Origin: Takakia lepidozioides
Taxonomy: Eukaryota; Plantae; Bryophyta
Direction: 5' to 3'
Length of the DNA stretch: 64,000 bases
NCBI GenBank assembly: GCA_030704615.1
Contig: CM060732.1
Location: forward strand, 21,762,001-21,826,000
Part shown: positions 47,053-59,463 of the stretch, one piece after another
How positions within the stretch are numbered: the stretch's first letter is position 1
Layout: the number at the start of each line of letters is the position of its first letter
Notes under the pieces: model-generated
Told to the model about the DNA's origin: nothing
The model's input: only the letters and a program-made list of their open reading frames with translations
The model's database searches: none
Position numbers and translations under genes: made by a program

Positions 47053-50000
47053 ATGAACCTCCCCTTCCCGTCTTCCGTTTGTGTCTTCGGTGGTTACCTG
47101 GATGTTGGGAAGAGTGCAATGTATTTTTGTTAACACTCCCAACAATGCTGGGTTGCTTGGTATCATCAATGTTTATGCTCATAACTGCTCCTTGGAGCGA
47201 GCTCAGCTTTGGTGCCTTATCAGATCTCAGGTTTTGGCCTTGCCTAATGTAGAGCACTGGATTCTTGCCAGGGATTTTAATATGGTGGAAAACCCTTGTG
47301 ATAGGTTGGGTTCAGACTCCACTGTGCTTTCTGTCTCTGAAGTTCATGAATGGGAAGCACTTACTCTCTCGGTGGGCCTTGCAGATAGTTACTCCTTCCC
47401 TCTTTCTCCCGCTTTTTCCTGGACTAACAATTGTAACCCACCAGGTCTGTGCATGGCGAGGCTCGACAGATTCTACTTCTCAGCATCTATCTCCTCATGG
47501 TTTCATTATCTCCCCATGGGCCCAATCCTTTCTGATTTCGACCACGCAGTGGTTAAGGCCAAGGTGGCCACGCCTGGAGTCAAGACTAAAGGTAGAGGGT
47601 TTACTAAGATTAACATAAGTATCTTGAAAATTCCTTGGGTTCTAGAGGCCTTGAAAGCTTGCTGGTCCAGTTCTGCAGGCTTCTTCTCCTCCCCAACCCT
47701 TAGGTTTTTGAATAAGCTTCAGGCCTGCCATAAGCTTTGCATTTCTTTGGCCAGAGATCTTGCAGTTGAGAACAATAGGCAGGAGCTGGCCTTGGTTAAA
47801 TGTCTTTCGGTTTGTCAAAAGAAGATGGAAAGAAACCGGCATGGGCCCCAAACTTTGATTACTTATCACGAGGCCAAACGTCGTCTTGGACTGTTGCGAA
47901 AATCTAAAGACCTTTTTATGAAGATGAAAGCGGGGATCAACTGGTCTTTAAAGGGTGAAAAGATGAGTAAGTATTTTTTCTTAAAGGCTAAACAACGTGG
48001 TGCGGCTCAGTCCATTCTCTCCCTTAAAGATGATTCAAACTGCTCTTGTTCTAATCCCAAGCGCATTAATTCCATTGCTGAGAGATTCTTTAGGTCCTTG
48101 TATACTGCTGATCCTGATTCCCCTAGTATGAGGTTGGCCAGATCCTTTGTTTGTAGTAGAATCCCTGTCAATGGACTTTACCTGTCCAATGCTCCCGGGG
48201 GACCAGACTAGAGGCAGACCAGACATCCTTGACCAAGGAGATCCCTGCCTTTTCCCAAGAGGCCCATCTAGCTGAGCATTTAGCCAAAACCTCACAGTTA
48301 AGCTGCATGTTTCCAAAAATTGGCTGACGGAGGGCCTCATCCCAAGATTTGGGAGGGGTTTGGTATAGAAACTCCCGAAGGTGAATCCAGGCTTTCCATA
48401 TGGCTTGCCAGGCCAAGGAACCCACAGATTGCTTGGTGTTTTTGGAGCCTCCCTGGACCAGCCATCTAAAGTTGGTTAACAAGGACAAACTAGAACCAGG
48501 AATTGAGCACTGAATTATATTATGCCAAAAGAAGAACTTTCATGGACCAGCCTGGGGCACGAAGGCCCTGGGAATCCACTTACCAAGTAAAGCCGTAATC
48601 TCCCTATCCAAGTCCAAGATCCCAAGACCCCCATGTTTTTTTTTAAGGCATAACTGGGAGCACGAAACCAAAGCACGCTTAGCAATCTTAGCATCAGAGG
48701 CACCCCATAAGAAATTACGAATCAAAGCTTTAATAGATTGGAGAATCTTGGGGCCCGGATCCCAAACTGAGGCTATGAACCATATAGCCGCTGACAGGAC
48801 TTGGTTGGCCACCAAAGCCCTCCCTGCAATCCAGACAGTTGAGTAGAACACCAGAAAGTCAGTCTGGATTTAAGAGAGCAAAGAATTGGAGAGAAACGAT
48901 CCTGCTGAGAAAGGCCATGGCCAATCAGATGGCCGAGCAGCTTACACGATTTCCCCTCACGTAGCCAACGCAAGCCCTTATCCAAACCCCAGTTAGGCAG
49001 ATGCGTAAGAGAATATCTACTAAGTTTAGAAAGGATTCCAACAAATTTAGCCCAGTTTACCTTGAAACCTGAAGCCAAGCAGAACAAGTCCAAGGTATTC
49101 AAAGCAGCCTCAATATTAGCAAGCAAGTCATTTCGTAGATAGAAGACCGTGTCATCGGCATACATAGACAAAGTGAGATTGAAGGGATGGGAGGAAAAGG
49201 GGGAGGGAATTTGTAGACCCATAATGTGTGGTTGTGCGTCCATAAGGTGACCCAAACAGTCTGCAGCAATCAGGAAAAGAAAAGGGGATAAAGGGCATCC
49301 CTGGCGAACAAATCGTTGAAGGGCAAATGATTTCGTGAGGTAATCGTTAGTCATAACCCTACTAGAGGCAAAGAAGAGAAGTATTTGAACCCAAGAAAGG
49401 AATTGAGAGTGAATGCCCGCACCCTGCAACGCCATAATGAGAAAGTTCCAGTTAATTCGGTCAAAAGCCTTTTCGAAATCCAGCATAAGTAAGGCCAGAG
49501 GTTGATTGGATTTTTCGGCAAAACTCAAGGCCTCATTGGCGAGAATTATGTTGTCTAGAATCATCCTTTTCCTTACGAAGCTAGACTGAGCAGGTCTGAT
49601 AATGGAGGGCAGAAGCTCAGCCAACGTATCTGCTAATTCCATCTCAGAGAACGGAAGGTTTAAGTCCTCTCCGTGAGCAGAGGACAAACTATCTCTCTTA
49701 TGACTGGTTGGCATTTTATTGCGACTGCCGTGACCCTGAGATGGTCTTCCCTCCTTACTCAGGGTAGAGATCAGTGGCAAACACCTGCCTGGAGGGCTGC
49801 CTAGCTGGCATTCTTGTGAGTGCTATGTATGTTTCTGAGATCTGCAACAGTGTGGCCATTGGTGTGGGTTTCGCTGCCAACTCGTCAAGCTCCCTGGTCT
49901 CCTTGGGTTACATGACTTGTCAGTTTGACTCCACTTTTGCGATCAGAGTCTTTGATTCAGTTGGCACAACCAACCCTATTTACAACAGAGCGGGCACCAT

Positions 50001-50650
50001 TCAACAATGGGGAGCTGCAATTTCAGTATTTTGGTTTCTTAACATCCCCCTGGCACAGCTTCAATGGGACCCGGGAGAATGGACTTGGTGTGTGCAGGAT
50101 AATACCAAGCCGTATTTTGCTTACACCGCAAAATTGGGTTATAAGATCCTTCTCAATCCCTATCCCATTACTGGTAAGCTTTCTGCTAAATGGGCTCCCA
50201 TCTTTGTTCCGGAAGCTGCTTGGAAACTCATTTGGGTGGACGTTTGGAGAATGCAACGGGCGGCGAAGGTTTTTGTCTTCTTGGAAACTGTGCAATCTTA
50301 TCCTCCCTCTTTCATTTTCTCAACTGCCCCCTGATAATATTTGCAGATCTTGCAACTCTGGAGAGCCTGAGTCAGTTCAACATTGCTTCATGACTTGTCC
50401 ATTTGCTTCCTTTATCTGGTTTAAGATTCATTCCCTGTATGCTAACTGGCACAACTTTGATCACAAGGATCCCCTGTTAATTCTGCTCAACTCCTCTTCT
50501 TCTTCCTGGGTTTCCTGTTAAGTTTGGGTGGCTCTCCGTGGCCTTGGCCTTTGGCATATTTGGAAGAGCCGATGTGTCGTCATTTTTTATCATAAGCCAA
50601 TCTGTGCCCAAGCCTCTTTGGCAGCCATCTTCTATGACTTATTGATTGCT
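47053..50650 (+). pseudogene. L1-type LINE ORF2 (APE endonuclease, RT, zf-RVT) with the RT segment inverted
   Basis: On +: 'NVYAHN...WILARDFNMVE...ARLDRFY...SDFDH' (47081-48170). On -: 'LDFEKAFDRINW...RQGCPLSPFLF...YADD' (49775-48170). On + again: 'CRSCNSGEPESVQHCFMTC', 'LWHIWKSRC'. Confidence 0.88.
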
Positions 50651-53600
50651 TCCCTTGACAGTGCTGCAATCCCACCGCTTTCCCCGCTCAACATCATCAT
50701 GACCAACATCCCAAAAGCGAACTTCCGACCTTGCCTTTGAGTAGGAAGAGGGAGGCCTACCTCCTCCCAACCTCATCCTTAGGAATGTAACATCATCGGT
50801 AGCATTCTGAAGTTTCACACCATGTGGGACAAGCTGTTCGGCACGGAGCTGGCGCTTCACCACGGCACCAGCTCCATCATGCTCTCCCTTTCCATGGCCA
50901 GATCCAAAGAAATTCCACATCATAGGTTTTCTGGTCATCATAGCGTATCTAGCCTCATAATACCAACACCTAGCTCCCTTGAACTGGGCTGCACAGCCAT
51001 CAGACCATACAATGTGTTGTCCCCACTCGACACCAATCTCAAGTAAGTGATTGTAGTGTAGATTGAAGCAGTGCTGGACAAAGAGGGTGTCATGGGTTCC
51101 ATCATCGGACATGTAGTAGTGCGTGACCTCTCAAAAGCAACCTCTCAAACTGAAATGAAGACAAAGTACGATGGTAGGGATGTTGACAGTAGTGAGTCTA
51201 GTAAAGAGTACGGATCTAATGGAATGACGAATGTGCTTGACTATGATCAATGAGAGAATGAAAGCATCTGAAGACTTAAAGAGAAGGACATGACAGAAGG
51301 GTATGTTAAGCACTAAGAAAATGACTGTGAAGTGACCTTAGGATGCGTTGTTGAAAGGAAGGTATTGTGCTGCAGGACAAGGACACAATTAAGTATATGG
51401 ATTGGAAGGATAATAGTAGACCAATGACTATGCTTGCAGGACCTCAACATCTAAGGAACTACAGGACTCATGAATTACTAAATAAGTAAAGGATATGACA
51501 ATTGAATGACTCAACAAACAAATGACTAAACAAATCAAAAGCATACGTGAAAGGTCTCAGCACTCAAAGGACCAAAGTATGGCAAAAGGATTGTCAAACA
51601 TTAATGAAACATGGAAATTGACATCACTGTCTAGATGACTTGAATACTTCAAGGACTATAACATGCATGAAAGGATAAATCAATGTGCAAGTCATGCATT
51701 TAGACTGGACAACCAAACATCCACTGACAAGTTTACATGTAATCAGCACTCCTGCTCCAAAACCAGTACATTGTAACTCTTCCACTAATAAACTGAGCAC
51801 AAAGGAGGTTAAGGCAAGATAGAGGCAACGAGCAGGTTGTGGACATACCTCTTCATATCCTCAAAATGATCTACAACACACTTTCAATGTTAAGTTTGAC
51901 TACATAAACAGCCTCATGAGGATTCATATCGCTGTTTCATACAAGATACCATACATACTAACAACATATGTACTAATCTAACAGTACAGTAGATGGACTC
52001 ATGGCAATGACAATTGCAAAAAAGAGGGTGGGGCATCATAGCAATGGGGCCTAGGAATCCATGCAATTCAATACAAAGTGATTGAACTATGACTAATGTA
52101 TAGTCCATGCACTCTCACTGTCATGTCCTGTATATCGACACAAATGTAGTAAATGAGCAGAGAATATTACCAAAGAAAACAGTGAATCATATTTGAAAGG
52201 CCTCTTAACAGATTTCAGTCATGAGATGCAGCACTTCAGTCTCATTTTCTCTTCTGTGAAAACTAGAACTGAAAAAATGATGATGTATATAAGGTCAGGA
52301 TGAGCCACAATACCTATGTCTCCATAAGCCAGTGAGTGGCGTGAGTTGTATAAACTTTGGGCCCAATGCGTTGTCGTGTTACATCCTTCTTGTTTGGAGA
52401 TACGCAGGTCTCAACTGTCCACCAATCCACCACAATGTTTTGAATTTCAGAACTAATACTGTCACATCGTTGAGCCCTGCATGCATCTGCCCACAATGCT
52501 GAACCATACTCGTCGATGATTCGACGTCTGGACATAGCTTTTCCCACGTTTCGGGGATGCACGCCTAATACTTTTGTAGCAACACATTTGCACCGAATGT
52601 TGACACCAGCAACCATACGCTATTCCGGGCTGCTAGGTTATCCTTCTGACTGACATTCTTAACATGTTGCATTGCAACATTCAGGTTAGTCATTAAAGCT
52701 TTGTTCATATCCGCTTCCTTATGGTTTCTGACATCATCTGGCAATACTTGTTTAAAATTAGGATGGCACAAGGTTATAGCAACAACGCGCCTCGCACAAC
52801 CCTCATCACGCACCCGCTCAAACTGATCTAGACTTCTCACAATATTTGTAGCAAGCTTCCTTTCGTACCTCTCTGTGACTTTAGGGATTTGCAGACATGA
52901 CTCCAGACTTGACACTACAGGACCTGTCCTTTTCTGTATCCTCCACTCCCTAATCCGCTGTGCATTCCTAGCTTTTCTTTGTTTTTCAACAGAGGCTTGG
53001 GCTGCTAAGTTCTCTCTGGTGTTTTGGCCAAGGTAATTTGATCTTCCCCTACTATTCTTTTTGTTTGTCATTCTGCTATGTAGCAACAAAAATCACCCTA
53101 AGTAAAAACCTACAGATAGGGCTCTAACGAATGGAAACCTACAAATTCATGGGAATGTATACCCTCAACATGCAACCACACACATACTACACAAAACATG
53201 AGATTCGCCTAAACTCTATAGTAGACAGGCTCATATGACGACATCAGAGGAACTGAGGGCCTGCACAACAAACAAAAATTGACCATATGTATTAGAAAAT
53301 CTTTTGTAATCATGGCACTCAAAGTGGGAGTAAAATGATAGGGTGCTACGTCAATACACCTGTCAATTCTGGATAACCCTAAACGATTCAAAGCACTAAG
53401 TCACCTCGGCAATGTCGACATGTGATTCCTCACTAAGAATCCACCATCCACCAATGCAAATATAGGTGGTCAGTTGAGATGACGTCCGTTGCAAGCACAA
53501 AGTATAATCCATGAGCGTTCCATCCATCATCTCTGGGGTCATCTCAATTACCTTAACTCCCCAAGGATGAGTGCTGCGTGGAACTTTAAACACAATGAGG

Positions 53601-54925
53601 TCTCCCACAAGAGGCCTATCAATGCAATACCACAGAAGGGGTTCCCATTCAAAATGAGTAAATGGGACATGGATGACACAAAGTAGGGGCTTGAATGAGG
53701 GGTGCTGACACTCAAATTACTAAAAAGCTTGGGACAACTGTAGACCCTGACAGTCTCGGGTAGGGAATAGGTTACGCATAGAGATGGTGCAACGCAGATG
53801 GCTCTGTCGCAAGGAAAATCCACAATAAGTGTTTGACTTAGCGAATCTGCCCACCAAACCGTAATTTTCTCCGTCTTAGGTTCCACTGTGTTCACTTCAT
53901 GCAAGATCGCTCACAGATTCCTGCATGTAGGCAACACATTTTAGTTACAGGAAGAAGGGAATTGGGTCAATTCACATACCTCCCTCTGATAGATTGCAGG
54001 TGGAGACGAATAACAGATTCAGGGCTCAGACAAAATGACATGTATTGCATGTGGTTGCGATTATCCACATTGCGGAAGAGAAACACACCCACTATGTTAC
54101 AAATAGAAGTATGCAAATGTCCATTCACTAATGGAGTGCGCACCTCCTGACATTCTAGGTTGGACATTAAACAGTCATGACAACTAAGAACGTCTCCACC
54201 ACTCTCGTGTAGGGATAAGTAGGTTAGAATACTTCACTTTTCGCTCGCTCAGTATGACCAATGCGGAGATGATTCAAACACCACCTTTGGACTGCGGATA
54301 TATCTTGGCATGTCTCCCAGGAGCTGATAGTGAAGCCTCAAAATTAGCACTAAAGATTTCCAAAGTAGAAGTTACAATGCAGGGACTCTATGGAACCCTA
54401 AACGCCAACCACGTTGAATTCCTCCTTTCGCATGGGGTAAACACCAGGCCCGGGTGAGAATGCGATCGAGACACCACACATCTGCTCGAGAGACAAACCA
54501 TGGACAACTGAGAGTGCTGGAGCCAAAAATGCACCGGGGTATGTAGATGCTTTCCAATGCAACAACTGTAAGCGAAACAACAACAACGTTCAAGTACTTC
54601 GTCGCGTACAAATGAGCGTGAGAATGCGCTCGAAACTTGAGTGGCCGGTTTCACACTCCATACAGGAGTCGTCACAGTAGAGAGAAAGACATTATTGCAA
54701 AGATGCGCGTAGTACAGTTTCAAAATTGCACACTGTTTTTGTCGTGTAGCAGTGGATCGTGAAAAAATTGCTGCTACCTCATGCAATGCGCCGAAATTTG
54801 GGCTGCGCGATGGAGACGTTTGTAGACGTGGCAATATGCAATATGTCCATGACCCCACATTATTATCAGATGGACACCTATTTAAAAAAAACTAGCAAAA
54901 TAAGCGCAAAATAATCCCATGACCC
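50640..54925 (-). mobile_element. Remnant of a Sola-like DDD DNA transposon
   Basis: 'IVWSDGCAAQFKG...WNFFGSGHGKGEHDGAGAVVK' (50639..51112) and N-terminal 'RCDSIS...VVDWWTVETCVSPNKKDV' (52314..53089). Further degenerate ORFs lie at 53200-54860. Boundaries are approximate. Confidence 0.6.
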
Positions 54926-56089
54926 TAATGATAGTCAAACATAGGGATGTTGTCCTTGAAATAGTTCCTCAAATGAAACACCTGAACATGCTTTGACCCT
55001 AAGGGTCGTAAACTTTGGGAGGGGTTGCTGGTTACAGTTGGCAGATGCTCTGAGGAGTGGGGGGCTACCCTTCTCTCGGAATTTGATGCCCAATGGGGGC
55101 ACTCTGGACTTTTATGTGAAGACAGGGAGAAAGAGTTCGGTGGGCATCCGGACCTCCAGTCGACTGGGGAGTCTCCCAATCACTGGGCTTCTTTGGCAGA
55201 GGTGGAGGATTGTGACATCAATTGACGCCATAGGAAGAATCGAGAATCTAGTGTTAGAGCTCATCTCAATTTCGAGCCCCTCAGGGGCAAAGCGTTGACT
55301 TCATTCTGCTCTCTTCTCTTTTTCTTACGGCTTTAGGATGTTGGCTCTGGTCTTTCATTGCTTGCAGGCCTGGTCTCCTACCTTGCCACTCGGCTGGTTT
55401 CATGGTTTGACCTGGTTTTGTTTCCTGGCCTTCCTCTCTATTCCTACAGCATAGGAAGTTGGGCTGGTACTTCGGACTCCAACAGCTCGCTGGTATTTAG
55501 TTAGCCTTGTTGGATAGGGTTGGTTCTTTTGTTTTGTCTCATTAGTGCTTTGCCACTCTCTTCTCGGCTGCACTACACTTGGCAGACAGGCAGCTCTTTG
55601 CCTTTGGTTTTTTTTAGCTTCTCTCTACTTCTTTCCTGCATTATCCTAGAGCATGGCTTCCTAACTTCTCAGGGCTCCTGAATTTTTAAATCCAAAAGCT
55701 TGCCCTTGTGGACGTGGTAGGGTGTAACCCAATCTGGTTGGTATTTAGTTAGCCCTGTTGGTCCTGGTTGGATCTTATGTTTTGCCTCATTAGTGCTTTG
55801 CCACTTGGTTCTTGGCTGCACTACTGTGGGCAGATTGGCAGCTCTTTGCCTCTGGCCTGTTTAGCCTTTCTTTAGTTCTCTCCTGCAGTATCCTAGAGCA
55901 TGGCTTCCTGTCCTCTTAGGGCTCCTGGATTAGTTCAAAAGCTTGCCCTTGTGGGCCTGGTAGGGTGTTACCCAATCTACAATGATGTAAGCCTTATGGC
56001 CTTCGGTCCTGGTTATTTTTTCCAGGACTTCCCCCTATTTTTAATACGATTTACAGGGCTTCCTCCCCTTTAAAAGAAAAGAAAAAAAA
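54925..56089 (+). mobile_element. Probable 3' end/UTR of the L1, with a ~247-bp tandem duplication and an A-rich tail
   Basis: 55492-55735 is repeated at ~55739-55977. Tail TAAAAGAAAAGAAAAAAAA at 56071-56089. The sequence near 54919-54935 resembles the point where ORF2 breaks at ~50634. Confidence 0.5.
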
Positions 56090-56383
56090 TGAAAAGTTAT
56101 GTGATCGGTTTTTCCAGCGTTTAGCTACCATCAAGCTTTCCATTGAAAACTGTGGTCGTGGTATTTTCTGGGTGGTAACTACCACAAGAACAAACATCAC
56201 GATAACACTGGCAGCCACGTCGGATGCCAGGTCAGATCAAATGTTGCATAACATTTTATATGTGAACGTGTAGGTTTTCTACCATCGCTTACCACCATCG
56301 TAACTCTGAGATGCCTCCAGGTCTGCAGGGACCTTTATATATATATATATATATATGATGCCAGCCGGAGCTAGCGTAAATAA

Positions 56384-57877
56384 AGCCCCGGCCGCACCTG
56401 TCAGTTAGGAAGTCAATTAGGTTAGCTAATTGGTGTTAATGGCACGGTGACGGCCGCACCTGCCGATTACGTCACCCGTTAGCTAACCGACGATTAACTG
56501 ACATGAAAAATCTGTAACGGGGAGAGGCCGAGATTTAACACCTCCTCCATGGAGGTGTTAAACCTCGGTCAACAATTAAAAATCGGGCAGCGGAGCAGGC
56601 GTTCTCGTGAACACGTTCTATCATGAATCAGAGTGCAGGGGCCATCGCATTCTTGTTCAACTCGTTCTATCAAGTGACTTGTTCGGAGCAATCCAACTTT
56701 TCCGCTGGTCTATCAGATATACATTCGGATTATGAATCTATACGTTGCATGCGGGCACGGTCGAGAACTGAGAGCTAACAAATACCTTCGACAAGAAGCT
56801 TCAAGGCACATAATCATACACACTTATTCCAACCCTGCAGGCACTCTAGACCGCATGGTTGATCTGATTCTATTTCTGCTCTTTGACGTGCACCAATGCG
56901 AAGCTTGGCTACACCTTGCAAAACTTGACTACACAAAGGTTTTGTCACTGGCTGTTCTACATTTATTTATTCTGTTGATGGCAATATGCATTAATGTGGG
57001 GGATGTAAGCATCCAGGCAACGGTGATGTGTACAACCTTGCAGAGATCTTTAAGGGGAATCCGCCATCCTGGGGGGGCTTGAATCCTCCTTCTTTTGTCA
57101 AGGAGATACAAAAGCCTTTCTACGAAGCGAATGCACAACTGTTGACGATTAATGAACTTTTACCGGCACTTGCTGGGCCTTGGCTGCAATCGGTGGCCAT
57201 TGATACTGCTCAAGAGAGCTGAAGTTTTACAAAACACAAACTCAAACATACGACTACTAGGCAACCTGCATGTAATCGCAGTGGATCATATAAGGGCAGT
57301 TTAGGAAAGTTTTAAACTTGGTGCTTTGATTACAAAGTACATCTTCAGTCATATGTTGTGGGTATGAAGACCTTACAAAGAGCCAGACTTTAATTATCAA
57401 AGTATGGTATTTTGCTTCATCATGTCTTTGGGCTCCTCCATATTGTAGCTGAGACTGTGCATTCTTGGCAAGGCATCCCGTCATCATACAACAGATCAGG
57501 TTTGCTAAGCCTTGGCTGGATTGATTAAAGTGGACCCTACTATTTTCCATGTTTGTTTGGAGGTCCCTGACATTTATCATTAGCTTGAAAATGATTGCCA
57601 TATGTGAATGAAGATCTTGCATATTTTAAGGTCCTGGATTCATAATGATATAGGTTGGACAGAGCCACAGACATAGCTTGTGCGCACGGGGAGAGAGAAG
57701 ATGGCGATGCGTCGTGCGGGCAGGAAACCAGTTCGGGTTCGGGTAGCGGCTAACAAACCCCGTTGCACCAGTTAAACTTAACTAGCATGTGCGACCGGCA
57801 ATTAATTAGCTATCCGGCCAGTCACGTAACTGACCGTTTAGCCTTCCGTTAGCTAACCGGCAGGTGCGGCTGGGGCC
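56384..57877. mobile_element. Non-autonomous PIF/Harbinger-like element
   Basis: TIRs GCCCCGGCCGCACCTG (56385-56400) / CAGGTGCGGCTGGGGC (57861-57876). TAA on both flanks (56381-56383, 57878-57880). Subterminal GTTAGCTAAC palindromes. Confidence 0.8.
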
Positions 57878-59463
57878 TAAGAGCCTCTTCCCTTGGTTCC
57901 CTACTGCCGATTATCTTAGAGCTGGATCAAGCTATCTTCACACAAGCTCATCGCTTTCAACTACACGCGTTTCAGTAACCACGCACGGATATGTTTGAGA
58001 GGACTTCGCAGGATGCAAGGCACGGACCGGGCCAGGCTCATGAAGCCGGCGAAACAGCTCAGAACACTGCCGATCTGACTGCCTTTGTAAGTCTGCGCTC
58101 TGTCCTTCTGTTTGAGAATGTTATCTGGGGCTAGTGCAGTGAGTGTCCCGGTGTCGCAAGAAAGAATACATCCGGAAGCAGTCATGGAGGCCAAGAGGAG
58201 ACGAGGATCTCCTATGGTTGAGAGGTTGCCGCCATATTAGATGACGGAGCAGATATTAGGAGAGTTAAGAGGGTGAGGCGGGGACTAGAAGAGAGTAGAG
58301 TGTGATCCACTATTGTCACCCCAGGAAGGATTTCATCGGAAGATCCATCTGTCCAACATCATCTCAGAGCATCTCAGCAGGGATGTACATGTGGGAAAAC
58401 CTGCAGTAGCATTCTCTAAGATACATTTGGAAAGCTCCTCTTAATTAAGAATATCCACTGCACTGCAGCACATGGTGAGGCCAGCTTGTGGAGGGATTTA
58501 CTTTACAGGGTTTGCATGCTGTAGCTTGGTCGCCCTTGACTCTGCCTGATTTGTAAGAGGTAAAGTTCCTACCCAAGTGGTTTACCGGATTTGGGAATCC
58601 TGCTCCAAGGGAAGGACCCGTTTTAAAAAATACTGCTTAATAAAGGAAATTCGCCAATGCCCAGGAATGTGATATTCTGCCCCATTCCTGGGGCAAAAAC
58701 GTGGAATACGTGGAATGGGGTTTTCCGGACAGGAAGGTACTCAAATTTACAAGGGAAAATTTCAGACAGGTTTCGAAGGAGAGATTACAAAGAGGGGAGA
58801 GGGGTTAGGGGACAGGATTAGGGCTGAATCACCACTGCGGTGGGCTGGCTCCATAAGTAAGATTTAGGTTAATAAACGCAGTTGATTCTACCCTTCAAGA
58901 TTTCCGTCTAAAAGAGGCTTGCTAACATACTGGAGTGTTCAACAGAATTTAGACCCAAGGAGGGAACCTTCAAGCCTGCAAATGGAGTAGTTATGCACAA
59001 ACTGAGGTCTTTCTGTTTTAAAGAGTTCCCATTGATGTGAGGATGCTCGTTGTATGCCAACAATAGGTTCCTGATTATCAATTATTATGATTGCACCTGG
59101 CTGTGTTACATGTTGCTAAGGTGGGAGGGTTGGTTTTTGCAGGTGCAAAACCTTCTCCAGCAAATGGTCAGTGCCTTCTTTTCCTTCATGCTTGTCTGAG
59201 TCTGGTCGTACATGTCTTGGACAGATGGAGGTATTTTTGTGTCATTTGATAATGACGTTCTTGCGCTGTTGAAACATGCGGTATATAATGTGGTTGCATG
59301 TTGGCTTGATTGGGATGGTGGCAGCAATCCAGGTTTCAAACAATGTCGGACTCCATCATTCTGAAAAATATCCTTCTTGCACTGAGATTTAGTTGTAAGT
59401 GTGATATTATGTCATCTTACTTAGTATTATTGCTCAGGTCTTTGTGGGCATGAGAGATTGTAC

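Noticed and set aside
57900-59440. Additional coding region or TE remnant
   Set aside because: Only short ORFs without a convincing motif are present, so it is left unannotated.
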